This document shows, piece by piece, positions 28,865-39,332 of a DNA stretch of 64,000 bases (positions are counted from its first letter, which is position 1; every line of letters starts with the position of its first letter). Under the pieces are notes generated by a model, which worked only from the letters and a program-made list of their open reading frames with translations, did not search any database and was not told the DNA's origin. The stretch lies in assembly GCA_963555755.3 (NCBI GenBank), contig OY820905.2, positions 1,952,001 through 2,016,000 on the forward strand, in the 5' to 3' direction. The translations under genes and the position numbers were made by a program. This stretch comes from Nitrospirales bacterium (GTDB taxonomy: Bacteria; Nitrospirota; Nitrospiria; Nitrospirales; UBA8639).

Positions 28865-30181
28865 ATGTTAAGTTTCCCCATGAATCCACCTCGACCCATT
28901 TCAACTTTCTGCATTCAGGTGGTCATCTTTCTTATGGCCATAGCAACACCCGTTTGGGGTGCCACCATCGGAGTGCCACTCTATCAACCTCAAACGCCAC
29001 CTGGCGCCAATGATTATCGAGAAGGGATCAGGGCACTTGCCAAAGGGGACCTCAGGCTGGCGAAACAGGCGTTTTACGCTACACTTAAAAAAACTCCTGC
29101 CCACGTCGGCGCGATAATCGGCTTGGCTGAAATCGCGCTGAAAGAAGGAACCCCCGATGTCACGGAACAATATATTCAACAAGCCCTGAACATCGCGCCC
29201 AAAAATGCCGTGATCCATCAAATATGGGGAAGGCACCTCACACAACAAGGCCGGCTTGATGAAGCAGAAGCAGCCTACCAACATGCCCTAAAATTAGAAC
29301 CGAAACTCCTGCGTCTTCATTTGGAGATGGGCGATTTCTATCTCCAACGAGTCCATCAACCCAAGAAAGCCATCAAGGCCTACGAAGCGGCTCTTGCGTT
29401 AAACCCTTCACACGCCGGTGCTCATTTTGGCCTTGGGTCGGCGTTGGCGAATACCGGAAAAATCGACCAGGCGGTGAAAAAGTTGGAGGAAGCCGGGCGA
29501 ATCGCTCCCACCAACCCGCTTCCCTTCTTCGCGTTAGGTCGAATCCATGCCGTCCGCAAGCAATATGACGAGGCCCATCAAGCCTTTGGCAAAGCCTTGC
29601 AAGCCCAACCAAAATTTGCGCAAGCCCATATTTCGCGTGGTGACGTCTACACGATCCAAAAACAAGACACCAAAGCCATCGAAGACTATGAAGCCGCTCG
29701 CACCCTCGCACCTCGTATTGCCGGGCTTCACGTCAAACTCGGGCTCCTGTACGAACGAAACGAACGCTTTGATCAAGCCATCGACTCATTTCGTACCGCG
29801 ATCTCTCTTGACCCGAGGCAGCCGGTTGCCTTGAACAATTTGGCCTGGATCTCGGTTCAACACAACACACGATTGGATGAAGCGGTCACATGGGCAGAAC
29901 AAGCCGTCGCCCTCGCGCCCAAGATAAGCGCCTTCCAAGATACCCTAGGTTGGGTGCACCGAAAACGGGGAGAACTGGACAAAGCGGCAGATGTTCTTGA
30001 AAAAGCCACAGCCCTCAAGCCGGAGCAGGCGGATATTTTCTACCATTTAGGGGTGGTCGAGGCCGAGCGTGGCCAAAACCAGAAGGCGGTCGCAGCGCTC
30101 ACCAAAGCCTTGGAGCTGAATGCCAAATTTACCGACGCCGACGATGCCCGCCAACGACTCCAATCGCTTCAAAAGCCCTAA
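28865..30181 (+). CDS. exported tetratricopeptide repeat protein
   Basis: Signal-like N-terminus, multiple TPRs, LNNLAW, DTLGWV. Confidence 0.88.
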   Translation: MLSFPMNPPRPISTFCIQVVIFLMAIATPVWGATIGVPLYQPQTPPGANDYREGIRALAKGDLRLAKQAFYATLKKTPAHVGAIIGLAEIALKEGTPDVTEQYIQQALNIAPKNAVIHQIWGRHLTQQGRLDEAEAAYQHALKLEPKLLRLHLEMGDFYLQRVHQPKKAIKAYEAALALNPSHAGAHFGLGSALANTGKIDQAVKKLEEAGRIAPTNPLPFFALGRIHAVRKQYDEAHQAFGKALQAQPKFAQAHISRGDVYTIQKQDTKAIEDYEAARTLAPRIAGLHVKLGLLYERNERFDQAIDSFRTAISLDPRQPVALNNLAWISVQHNTRLDEAVTWAEQAVALAPKISAFQDTLGWVHRKRGELDKAADVLEKATALKPEQADIFYHLGVVEAERGQNQKAVAALTKALELNAKFTDADDARQRLQSLQKP

Positions 30182-30221
30182 CACGCTTTTACCCCATTCC
30201 CGCAACCCTCACATGGAACTA

Positions 30222-30343
30222 GGGAATGTTCAAAAAAGTTCGTCCAGCAAGGCCGCAGCCCTTTTGACGCGCGGAGCGTACTCTCAGTACGTGAGCACGG
30301 CAAAAGGGCGAGAACGCCGCTGGCGGCTTTTTTCAACATTCCC
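30222..30343. repeat. MITE family B copy
   Basis: Near-identical to 14086-14232 but lacks the REP/IS110-target insert. Confidence 0.85.
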
Positions 30344-30346
30344 AAC

Positions 30347-30802
30347 CTACACAATCCAAGGAATCAATTTATGAGTGCGCTGTTGATACTCCGCATATTC
30401 GGGAAAGGTTTTTACTAACAACACTTCTTCATACCGCAGCTTCAAAAACAAATCCACGAGCAGTACGACCCACATCAGGCCCCGCCAATAGGTAAATTCC
30501 TCGCACACCAGAGCCAACATCAGCAGTAACAAAGCCGTATACATGGGATGTCGAATCCACTGGTACGGGCCTCCAGTCTGAAGAGGACTATTTGATTTAA
30601 TGTCAGGCAAGGCGCTCAAATTCCGAAGCTTTATAGTCCAGAGAGCCCACACGCCGAGAATCCCCCCAAACAGTTCTACCAGAAAGAGCCCCGGGGTTTT
30701 GGCCAACCAAGGACCTGTGGCTAGAATCAACCCGAGACAAACAAATTGGACCCCAACAAATAAATAGGACTGAACTCGATGGTTGGATTGACTCACGTGC
30801 AA
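30347..30802 (-). CDS. isoprenylcysteine carboxyl methyltransferase family membrane protein
   Basis: GPYQWIRHPMY, EE..L..F.EY..Y. Confidence 0.88.
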   Translation of the reverse strand: MHVSQSNHRVQSYLFVGVQFVCLGLILATGPWLAKTPGLFLVELFGGILGVWALWTIKLRNLSALPDIKSNSPLQTGGPYQWIRHPMYTALLLLMLALVCEEFTYWRGLMWVVLLVDLFLKLRYEEVLLVKTFPEYAEYQQRTHKLIPWIV

Positions 30803-30977
30803 ACCTGTCGTGCTACATGTCCAAAGCTCAGTTTATTCCCAACCACTGTCCCTTGAGCCATCATTCCCCGAACACTCAAGAGCCTTCTCAAACCCGGCGA
30901 CAAAGTAGCGTGTTTTATTTTTCAATTAATACTCCCTCGCCCCTGTGGGGAGAGGGTGAAGATGCGTCAACTGTACG

Positions 30978-31382
30978 CTAATACCGATAGCCTCCACTGA
31001 GGTGCTTCTCCAGCGTTGAGGACAAACCAAGGTGATTGCGGTAGGTGGATGACTCCACAATTTCTTTGTTGTTCGGTGCGAGTTCTCCGGCGGTTTGGAA
31101 ATGCTCCTTGGCTTGATCATGCAGCCCAAGCTTGTGCTGGGTCAGTGCGAGATTAAAGTGGGCCTCCGGCAACTGTGGATCATTTTTCACCGCCGCCACG
31201 AAATGCTCTCGTGCTGCCTTCCAATTCCCATTGTTGTACGATTTGATCCCTTCAAGATTGTGTTGAGCAGCCGTCGGGCTCGATATGGGCAGGACCGCTA
31301 AAGGACCAGTTTTCGTTGCACATCCTGCGAGCATGGCGAGGAACCCGATAACAAAGAAGCCTTTTAACATTCTGCTTGGCAT
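30978..31382 (-). CDS. TPR lipoprotein
   Basis: Lipobox LAGC; TPR AHFNLAL. Confidence 0.8.
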   Translation of the reverse strand: MPSRMLKGFFVIGFLAMLAGCATKTGPLAVLPISSPTAAQHNLEGIKSYNNGNWKAAREHFVAAVKNDPQLPEAHFNLALTQHKLGLHDQAKEHFQTAGELAPNNKEIVESSTYRNHLGLSSTLEKHLSGGYRY

Positions 31383-31875
31383 ACCCTATATCTTTGCCGT
31401 TGGTGACGTGAATGGCATGCATGAGATTGTGCACATTGCTATTGAACAGGGAGAAATCGCCGGCTGGAATGCCGTGCACCCGAACGACTCATCGCGCAAG
31501 TATGACGATAGACTAAAAACCCAAGTCGTCTTTACCGACCCCCAAGTCGCCAGCGTGGGCCTGAGCGAAAAAGAATGCCGAAGAGAGAACATTGCATACA
31601 TGGCAGCATCGTATCCGTTTAACGACCATGGAAAATCCATGACCCTTGGTGAAACCCATGGTCATGTCAAACTCCTAGCCGATCCTCTAACAGGCACAAT
31701 CCTCGGCGCTCATATCGTCGGCCCCGAAGCCGCTGAGCTGATCCATGAACTCATTTCCGTGATGTATTTCCATGGCACGGTTCATGACTTAATGCCCATG
31801 CCCCACTATCATCCCACCCTAGCCGAAATCATGACCTATCCAGCGGAAGAATTGCTAAAACGCATTCCAAGATAA
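31383..31875 (+). pseudogene. C-terminal fragment of a dihydrolipoamide dehydrogenase-like flavoprotein
   Basis: YIFAVGDV, VFTDPQVASVG, ILGAHIVG, HPTLAE. The N-terminal FAD/CxxxxC part is missing. Confidence 0.8.
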
Positions 31876-31984
31876 AATTGCGCCTGCAAATCATCCTTCT
31901 TGGAACCAGTCAGAGATTAGGATTGCGACAATAAAGATTCAAATAAGTGGAATAAGGGGTCAAGGAATAAGGGAACAATCTTAT

Positions 31985-32125
31985 GGGCACCTCTACAAAC
32001 CAGGCATTTTTTGTGAGGGCAAGGAAGCCGCGCGCGGAAAACCGGAGTGTATGGGCGAATACATGAGGATGTGAGCACGCGGCTGACGCCGCCATCACGG
32101 AAAAGGACGGTTTTTAGAGGTGCCC
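31985..32125. mobile_element. MITE family G
   Basis: TIR GGGCACCTCTA/TAGAGGTGCCC; ERIC-like core. Confidence 0.75.
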
Positions 32126-32439
32126 TTATTTTATAATATATAAATCACCCATCACCCTACCAAACTCGGCTTGAAGGTCTCCTGCCTCCAAATCGTGATT
32201 TCCGGGCTTGTACCGACGGGGAGATACTGCCTTCATGGGTTAGCCCAAACACGCGCGCAATTTCTTTTAACTAGACATCCCCTAATTGCCGCCCAGTTAA
32301 CGAGGAGACCGTCACATGGAATCGGGTTGCCACTGCATGTTCGATATCCCGGACAACAGGACGATTAATCAATAAGATTGATCATTGTTGTCCCGGCAGG
32401 CGTAGCGAGGACGGGGCGCTCGCCGCAGAGCGGTGTCCG

Positions 32440-32520
32440 CTCCAACGAGGTGATAACCGGTGCCTCGCAAGCGAGCGAAGCCCACTTGCGAAGGGTCCGT
32501 ATTCACGCACGGGTTAGGGC
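32440..32520 (-). other. integron attC-like recombination site
   Basis: GCCCTAAC-ccgtgcgtgaatACGGAC-[cttcgcaagtgggc ttc gctcgcttgcgagg hairpin]-CCGGTTAtcacctc-GTTGGAG at the end of higA. Confidence 0.65.
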
Positions 32521-32835
32521 ACGACTTGCATAGGCCCCAACACCCGCCCAGGGTTTAATCTTCGCCAGCTTACCGTGCAAAATCCGTTCCGCGACTTCCG
32601 TGTCATGTGCTACCTGGGCACGCAGCCAGTAGCCGTTAGAAAGACCGAAGAACCGGCACAGGCGCAAGTCAGTGTCAGCCGTGATAGCACGTTTGCCCGC
32701 CACAATATCCCCAATACGTTGCGCCGGGACTCCGATTTCCTTCGCTAGCCGGTACTGGCTGATCACCATCGGCTTGAGAAATTCTTCCAGCAACAGTTCG
32801 CCTGGCGTGACGGGCTTGTGTTTACGCATAATCAT
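32503..32835 (-). CDS. higA: HigA family antitoxin
   Basis: PVTPGELLLEEFLKP, RAITADTDLRL, YWLRAQ. Confidence 0.92.
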   Translation of the reverse strand: MIMRKHKPVTPGELLLEEFLKPMVISQYRLAKEIGVPAQRIGDIVAGKRAITADTDLRLCRFFGLSNGYWLRAQVAHDTEVAERILHGKLAKIKPWAGVGAYASRALTRA

Positions 32836-32841
32836 CCTCCG

Positions 32842-33120
32842 TCAGTGATAATCCACAATTTCGACATCTTCAGGGCCTGCGTCCGTCCACCGGAAGCACA
32901 CGCGACATTGATCGTTCACCCGAATACTATGCTGTCCCGCACGATCACCTTTCAGCGATTCCAACCGATTGCCGGGTGGCACCCGAAGATCATCCAATCG
33001 GTCTGCGATCTCCAACTGCCGCAGCTTGCGACGTGCGACGGACGCAATGTTCACAAACTGTTTAACCCGCTCGCCCTTCGAAAGAGATTGCGTGTCGGCA
33101 CACTTGAACGTCTTAATCAC
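32842..33120 (-). CDS. higB: HigB family toxin
   Basis: IKTFKC..LRVPPGNRLESLKGDRAGQHSIRVNDQ..VEIVDYH. GTG start just after TTGCCG..TACTAT with a TAAC..GTTA palindrome. Confidence 0.92.
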   Translation of the reverse strand: MIKTFKCADTQSLSKGERVKQFVNIASVARRKLRQLEIADRLDDLRVPPGNRLESLKGDRAGQHSIRVNDQCRVCFRWTDAGPEDVEIVDYH

Positions 33121-33348
33121 GAGTCTGATAGTAACACATGACGTTATTAACGGCAAGAATGATTATGACTAGGCACAGAGCTTGCCCCCCCCCTGACGAG
33201 AAGGAGAAAAGGTCAAGTCCATTGTTGAGAGTGTATTTCACCACCCCAGGGGGAAGAAGGGGGCAATGAGGGAGTCATCAATGAGGGGGTCAAGCTTATC
33301 TTATAATATATAAATCCCCCCTATTCTCGTGCAGATCCTCAGATCGAT

Positions 33349-34113
33349 TTACGAGGTCCCCTCTCTCACCCCACACCAAGAACAAGGCTTTGGGGAGTTG
33401 TCCTGTTGAGTAGAAGACGCCACCATTTCTGATGGTGCAGGCGCTTCTCCTTGAATCAGACGGACCCACCATGTGGATCGATTATTAAGGAGCAACTTCG
33501 GCAAGAAAAGAAATAACCCGGCCAAGAGCAACCCCGACACGATGATAGGCCACTGCATTGTTGGCACGCTGCCCCCCAAATAGGTTAACGCGAACGTCGG
33601 CGGGATCATTCCCAACAGCGTGGCAATGGCAAAGACTCTCAAGGACATTCTCGTCAGGCCCGCGCCGTAGCTGATGATATCAAATGAAAAGATCGGAAGA
33701 AGACGCGCGACGAAGATCAACCCCATGAGATGATGATCGGAGCACTTCTCACAAAATGTCACTTTCGTTTTCAGAAGACGCCCCAGCACTTCCTTCCCCA
33801 AGGCGCGGGCAATGAGAAAACTCACAATCGCGCCAATCTCCGCACCAATCACCGCGTACACCATCCCCCAGAACGGTCCAAACACGATCCCCGCCGCAAT
33901 GTCCAACGGGAGACTTGGAATGGGACTGACCACCACAGCCAGCGTCATCAACCCCACAAACACCAATGGCCCCATGGCCCCCAAGGACTCAAGGTCACTG
34001 ACAAGCCGATCAGGGTCAAGCAATGTTTCGATATCAAAAAATTGAAAGACCCCATAGGCGCCAAACATCAGTAACACTAACAGGCCTAATTTCACGATTT
34101 GAGAAAAACGCAT
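33349..34113 (-). CDS. TVP38/TMEM64 (DedA superfamily) membrane protein
   Basis: SPIPSLPL..AAG..FG, RLLPIFSFDIISYGAGL; CEKC and CSWC motifs; ATG 34113 after AAGGAAGG. Confidence 0.85.
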   Translation of the reverse strand: MRFSQIVKLGLLVLLMFGAYGVFQFFDIETLLDPDRLVSDLESLGAMGPLVFVGLMTLAVVVSPIPSLPLDIAAGIVFGPFWGMVYAVIGAEIGAIVSFLIARALGKEVLGRLLKTKVTFCEKCSDHHLMGLIFVARLLPIFSFDIISYGAGLTRMSLRVFAIATLLGMIPPTFALTYLGGSVPTMQWPIIVSGLLLAGLFLFLPKLLLNNRSTWWVRLIQGEAPAPSEMVASSTQQDNSPKPCSWCGVREGTS

Positions 34114-34382
34114 CAATCCTTCCTTTTCACGTACCGCCGGTAATCCAAGTCTCAATCCACCTTTGTTAATATAATGGACATTGGCATAATGCGAAAGAGA
34201 TTGCTCGATCTTTTGCTCTTGAAGGAACCGAAGAGACAGTCTAGGCTCTCCCCAAGGTCTCATCCCCAGTTTTTCTGGGAAATACCCCTGTAACGACCAC
34301 ACCGCTCATAAGACTGTAGTGTTGAAGCAGCCAAGTTGTTTTATCTTCAACCACTGTGTTCCACAAATAGGGGTTCTCAACC

Positions 34383-35123
34383 ATGAAGACCGAAACCATG
34401 GAGTCTACGATGGCCGACTCAACAGCCGCTAAATCTTCCTCTACTCCCATAGGAAAAATTGTTATTCTGTTGATACTTGGACTTGGGATTGGGGCGTTCT
34501 TGTATTTCGACCTTGGCCAACATTTTTCCCTTGATGCCTTGAAAGCCAACCGCGACAGCTTACTGGCCTATTCCGACGCGAACTTTGCCACTGCCGTTGT
34601 CCTCTTTATTGCCCTCTACATCGTTCAAACAGGATTCTCATTACCTGGCGGGGCCATCATGACCCTGGCTGGTGGTTTTTTATTCGGCAGTGTCCTGGGC
34701 ACGATCTTTGTGAATATAGGCGCCACCATAGGTGCAACCCTTGCTTTTTTGGTGGCACGGTATTTATTACGGGACTGGGTCGAAGGAAAATTTGGCGATC
34801 GGATTGAGCCCATTCAAGCCGGGTTTGCCAAGAACGCCTTCAGCTATCTCATGACACTCCGGCTTATTCCAGCTTTCCCATTTTTTCTGGTGAATCTCGT
34901 GTCCGGTTTAACTCGAGTGAACCTGGGAACCTATATTATAGCAACCTCCATCGGCATTATCCCGGGCAGCTTTGTATTCGCGTTTGCCGGCAAACAACTT
35001 GGATCCATTAACTCCTTAGGAGAGATTGCGTCGCCACCGGTATTAATGGCTTTTAGCCTCCTTGGATTGCTAGCCCTCATGCCCATTGCCTATCGCAAAT
35101 TCATAGAAAAGAAAAATTCGTGA
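34383..35123 (+). CDS. TVP38/TMEM64 family membrane protein
   Basis: SLPGG..TLAGGFLFG, LRLIPAFPFFLVN. Confidence 0.9.
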   Translation: MKTETMESTMADSTAAKSSSTPIGKIVILLILGLGIGAFLYFDLGQHFSLDALKANRDSLLAYSDANFATAVVLFIALYIVQTGFSLPGGAIMTLAGGFLFGSVLGTIFVNIGATIGATLAFLVARYLLRDWVEGKFGDRIEPIQAGFAKNAFSYLMTLRLIPAFPFFLVNLVSGLTRVNLGTYIIATSIGIIPGSFVFAFAGKQLGSINSLGEIASPPVLMAFSLLGLLALMPIAYRKFIEKKNS

Positions 35124-35211
35124 TTGAGGCAACCATTTTCACCAAACCCACGACCCACCGACAGGGAAAAAAGTGAACGCTCTGTATTGATTCCCTGAGA
35201 AAAGACCAATC

Positions 35212-36765
35212 ATGACGACAGTAGCACGCAAAGACGGACCAGTCGAAATCGCCCCCATGGACGAGTTTAACCAACAATTGGTCAACAACGTTCATCCTCC
35301 GGCATGGATCAACCCTGAACCCACAGGACGATACAATCTGGTCATCATTGGAGCCGGCACCGCAGGATTAGTAACTGCTGCCGTGGCTGCCGCCGTGGGA
35401 GCCAAAGTCGCGCTGATTGAACGCCACTTGATGGGCGGGGATTGCCTCAACGTCGGATGTGTTCCCTCGAAAGGCGTCATTCGGGCGTCCCGTGTTTGGG
35501 CAGAAGTGAAAAATGCCGCCGAATTTGGCATACACATTCCTGGTGGAATCAAGACGGACTTTGGCGCGGCGATGGCCCGAATGCGAAAATTGCGTGCCCG
35601 GATCAGTCATGTGGATTCTGCTCATCGGTTTAAAGACCTGGGCGTGGATATCTTCATCGGAGACGGGCGATTTACCGGGCCAGGAACCGTAGAAGTCGTG
35701 GGCAAGTCCCTCACATTCGCCAAAGCCGTTATCTGTACCGGGGCTCGTGCTGCTGCACCACCAATTTCCGGTTTGGAAGATACCGGCTATCTCACCAACG
35801 AAACCATTTTCTCATTGACCGAACTCCCACCACGTCTCGCCGTCATTGGGGCAGGCCCCATTGGCTGCGAAATGGCCCAGTCCTTCACTCGCTTTGGAAG
35901 CAAAGTATGCTTGTTCGAGCAAATCGATCATATCCTGCCGCGTGAAGATGCCGACGCCGCAGAGATCGTTCAACGTCAAATGGCAAAGGACGGCCAATGC
36001 TTCGTGTTTAATTCAAACATCACTCACGTGGAATCCCGTGGCCATGAGAAGGTCGTACATTATGATCAAGAAGGCGAACACAAAGAACTTGTGGTCGATG
36101 AGATACTTGTTGGAATTGGACGAGCCCCAAATGTCGAAGGACTCGGAATGGAAACCGTTGAGGTCGAGTACGACAAACGATCCGGCGTGAAGGTCAACGG
36201 CAAACTCCAAACCACGAACCCCAAAATTTATGCGGCCGGGGATATCTGCTTCCCCTTCAAGTTTACCCACACCGCCGATGCCATGGCCCAAATCGTTATT
36301 CAAAACGCCCTATTCCCGCATCCGTTAGGGCTAGGGTATGCCAGCACGGATTCGCTCATTATTCCCTGGGCCACCTATACCGCACCCGAGATTGCTCATG
36401 TTGGTATGTATGCAACGGAAGCCAAAGACAAAGGCATCGAGGTTGACACCTTCACCTTTAAACTCAACGAAGTAGATCGGGCGATTTTAGATGGGGAAGA
36501 TGAAGGATTTGCTCGCGTTCATGTGAAGAAAGGGACGGATACAATTCTGGGCGCCACCATTGTCGCAGCCCATGCCGGCGACATGATTAGCGAATTTACC
36601 TTAGCGATGAAAGGTGGCTTAGGACTCAGTACGATCACCGGGACGATTCATCCGTATCCCACACAAGCCGAGGTCATCAAAAAGGTAGCCAATGCCTGGC
36701 GTAAGACGACATTCACTGAAGGCAAGAAAAAGCTTCTGAGTAAACTGTTTACCTTCATGCGATAA
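35212..36765 (+). CDS. pyridine nucleotide-disulfide oxidoreductase (MerA/Lpd-like)
   Basis: GAGTAG, GGDCLNVGCVPSK, GAGPIGCE, HPYPT; no C-terminal Cys pair. Confidence 0.9.
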   Translation: MTTVARKDGPVEIAPMDEFNQQLVNNVHPPAWINPEPTGRYNLVIIGAGTAGLVTAAVAAAVGAKVALIERHLMGGDCLNVGCVPSKGVIRASRVWAEVKNAAEFGIHIPGGIKTDFGAAMARMRKLRARISHVDSAHRFKDLGVDIFIGDGRFTGPGTVEVVGKSLTFAKAVICTGARAAAPPISGLEDTGYLTNETIFSLTELPPRLAVIGAGPIGCEMAQSFTRFGSKVCLFEQIDHILPREDADAAEIVQRQMAKDGQCFVFNSNITHVESRGHEKVVHYDQEGEHKELVVDEILVGIGRAPNVEGLGMETVEVEYDKRSGVKVNGKLQTTNPKIYAAGDICFPFKFTHTADAMAQIVIQNALFPHPLGLGYASTDSLIIPWATYTAPEIAHVGMYATEAKDKGIEVDTFTFKLNEVDRAILDGEDEGFARVHVKKGTDTILGATIVAAHAGDMISEFTLAMKGGLGLSTITGTIHPYPTQAEVIKKVANAWRKTTFTEGKKKLLSKLFTFMR

Positions 36766-36796
36766 GAGACGAGATGACATTTTACTAGGAACGATC

Positions 36797-37567
36797 ATGC
36801 CACACCCACCTCAAACCACTTATAGATTGATCATATTTTTTGGGTGTCTGTTGGGACTCAGCACCGTCCCGTGGTCAGTAGGTGCGGGCACAGATTCCAT
36901 TTTGAAAGTGGGCACGTTTTCCACAGCCAGTCCAGGGGGGCCTTTCCCCGAGGGCTGGGAACCGCTTACCTTCGAAAAAATTCCGCAACACACCAAGTAT
37001 GAATTGGTGCAAGACCGTGACACTGTGGTGGTCAGAGCCACCAGCAAGCAATCGTCCTCCGGGCTGACCAGAAAGATGACCATTAACCCTAAAGCATTCC
37101 CGATCGTTCAATGGCGCTGGAAAATCGACAACATCATTCAATCAGGTGACGTCACGAAAAAAGAGAGCGACGATTATTCAGCCCGGATCTACATTACTTT
37201 TGAATATGACAGCAGCAAAGTTGGATTTTTTGAAAGGGCCAAATTCGAAATTATTAATCTGGCCTATGGCGAGTATCCACCAAGCGCGATCAACTATATT
37301 TGGGAGAGTAAAACACCTATCGGAACGATCGTGCCCAACCCCTATACGGATTACGTTCAAATGATCGTGACGCAAAGCGGCTCCCAACGGGTGGGGGAAT
37401 GGGTCACGGAGGAACGCAATGTATACGAAGACTACAAAGAAGCCTTTGGTGAAGAGCCACCAAACATTTCTGGCATCGCTATCATGACGGACACAGACAA
37501 CACCAAAGAATCCGCAACGGCGTATTTTGGCGACATCGTATTCAAGAAAGGGTTCGCGCAAGAATAA
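36797..37567 (+). CDS. DUF3047 domain exported protein
   Basis: WRWK, DDYSARIY, INYIW, IAIMTDTDNT. Confidence 0.85.
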   Translation: MPHPPQTTYRLIIFFGCLLGLSTVPWSVGAGTDSILKVGTFSTASPGGPFPEGWEPLTFEKIPQHTKYELVQDRDTVVVRATSKQSSSGLTRKMTINPKAFPIVQWRWKIDNIIQSGDVTKKESDDYSARIYITFEYDSSKVGFFERAKFEIINLAYGEYPPSAINYIWESKTPIGTIVPNPYTDYVQMIVTQSGSQRVGEWVTEERNVYEDYKEAFGEEPPNISGIAIMTDTDNTKESATAYFGDIVFKKGFAQE

Positions 37568-37706
37568 CTTCCCATGTTTGGGTTCTGAGACGCCTGTCTG
37601 GCAAGGCGCGAGGACTGCGCATACTCCTCGTATGGAAAGGAGGAGCAACGCCGCCAGACGGGATGGATCGACGCCCAAACATAGGAAGTTATTCTTGCGC
37701 GAACCC
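37550..37706. mobile_element. 157-bp MITE, family A (supplies the stop codon of the DUF3047 gene)
   Basis: The TIR reads ..GFAQE*. Confidence 0.85.
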
Positions 37707-37927
37707 AAAGCCCCTGCCCCTTGAATAACCACTCCATGTCCCGGACAGAGTACTGTTTTTCTAATGTGTACGCCTCTTCACAGAAATATTTTTCCGGAAG
37801 GTGTAACATTTCACCCCTACAGCTGACTCTCAAATAACATCGGAAGGAAAGGGCGAGGTGGATCAGGCTTCGTCCTTGTCACCGCACTCATCTTGAGAGG
37901 CATTTTAACCACAAGGAGGAGTTCTTT

Positions 37928-38209
37928 ATGATTTCCACAAAATCTATTCTTGTCAGCACGGCACTTACAGGTCTTCTCATGGCTTCCAGCGCCTATGCTG
38001 GCGCCGGTCACGAGGGCGGCCACGGCGACAAAGCTGCCGGACAATGCCATGGAGTCAACGCCTGCAAAGGACATGGAGCATGCAAAGGCGTAGGGCATTC
38101 TTGTGAAGGCAAAAACTCCTGCGAAGGCAAGGGTTGGCTGAAAATGACGAAAGACATGTGCGAGAAATTACAAGATGGAAAATGGAACGCCATGCCAAAG
38201 AAAAGCTAA
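37928..38209 (+). CDS. six-Cys bufferin (BufA2-like) precursor, Sec signal
   Basis: AAGGAGG RBS, signal ending AYA, His-rich linker, CHGVNACKG..C.....SCEGKNSCEGKGW....C. Confidence 0.75.
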   Translation: MISTKSILVSTALTGLLMASSAYAGAGHEGGHGDKAAGQCHGVNACKGHGACKGVGHSCEGKNSCEGKGWLKMTKDMCEKLQDGKWNAMPKKS

Positions 38210-38360
38210 TTGAGCATTTTCACTTTCAGATGGCATTTCTCAAACAGCCCTCGCCCCTGAGGGGAGAGGGTAGGGTGAGGGGTTCCTCATCAGGACAATG
38301 AACATACTGAAGTAATCGAATATGATCACACAATTTGGTTCAAGCAAGGAGGTTGGTAAC

Positions 38361-38678
38361 ATGATTTCAAAAAAAAGTTTACTCACCAGCGCTGCACTCA
38401 CAGGGCTGTTACTCGCTGCGGGATGCGCTCATCAAGGTGGAGGTGGAGGGTACGATGGGTACGGGGGATACGGTAGTGGCGCCCAGGCCGCCCTTGGACA
38501 ATGTCATGGCGTCAATGCCTGTAAAGGCAAGGGAGAGTGCTCCACTGCGATACACGACTGTGCAGGAGAGAATTCTTGTGAAGGCAAGGGTTGGTTGAAA
38601 ATGTCAAAATCCATGTGCGGCGACATTAAAAGCAGCGCCTGGAACCCCATGCCGGAAAACATGAAACACAAAGGCTAA
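38361..38678 (+). CDS. six-Cys bufferin (BufA2-like) precursor, lipoprotein form
   Basis: AAGGAGG RBS, lipobox-like AAGC, Gly/Tyr linker, same Cys pattern. Confidence 0.72.
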   Translation: MISKKSLLTSAALTGLLLAAGCAHQGGGGGYDGYGGYGSGAQAALGQCHGVNACKGKGECSTAIHDCAGENSCEGKGWLKMSKSMCGDIKSSAWNPMPENMKHKG

Positions 38679-38753
38679 GACACTCAGCCATGAAATGACA
38701 AAAGGCTGTGCGTCAACCAATACAACGCACAGCCTTTTGAACAAAAGCTTTCG

Positions 38754-39332
38754 CTACATGTAGTTTGGGATTCCTCCGGGTTTCCATTTAATGTTACACC
38801 CCGCACTGGGACGTTGATCCTGGTCCACAGGTTGTCCCGCCAACACGGCATCAATCGCCTCGCGTACATCCTTGCCCGTAACCGGCTTGCCATTTCCAGG
38901 ACGGCTCTCATCCAATTGCCCTCGATACACCAATTGTTGATTGGCATCGAAAAGGAAAAAATCCGGCGTGCATGCGGCGGTGAAGGCCTTGGCCACCTCC
39001 TGTCCCTCGTCATAACAGTAGGGAAAAGTAAATCCAAGCTCCTGCGCCATGGCCTTCAATTGCTCCGGACGGTCATCCGGATAGTTGTCCGCATCGTTGC
39101 TACTGATCCCCACAAGCCCAAGACCGTTCTCAATATAATCCTTTCCTAACCGAGCGAGCTCATTTTGCACGTGAACCACATAGGGGCAATGCCGACAAAT
39201 GAACATCACCAAGATTCCCTGTTTCCCAGAAAACTTGGTTGACGAAAACCTGGTGCCCGATACCACATCAGGTAACTCAAAAGTGGGAAGTGGTGTTCCT
39301 AGCGGCAACATCGTCGAGTTCTTTAAGGACAT
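38754..39332 (-). CDS. thioredoxin family (AhpC/TSA-like) protein
   Basis: FICRHCPYV, SSND..YPDD, AACTPDFF, YRGQLD, SAGCNIKW. Confidence 0.9.
   Translation of the reverse strand: MSLKNSTMLPLGTPLPTFELPDVVSGTRFSSTKFSGKQGILVMFICRHCPYVVHVQNELARLGKDYIENGLGLVGISSNDADNYPDDRPEQLKAMAQELGFTFPYCYDEGQEVAKAFTAACTPDFFLFDANQQLVYRGQLDESRPGNGKPVTGKDVREAIDAVLAGQPVDQDQRPSAGCNIKWKPGGIPNYM

Noticed and set aside
31285..31382. N-terminal part of the 196-aa ORF
   Set aside because: Antisense to the TPR gene; flavoprotein similarity begins only after 31382
35212..36765. Mercuric reductase merA
   Set aside because: Lacks the C-terminal Cys-Cys pair and any mer operon context
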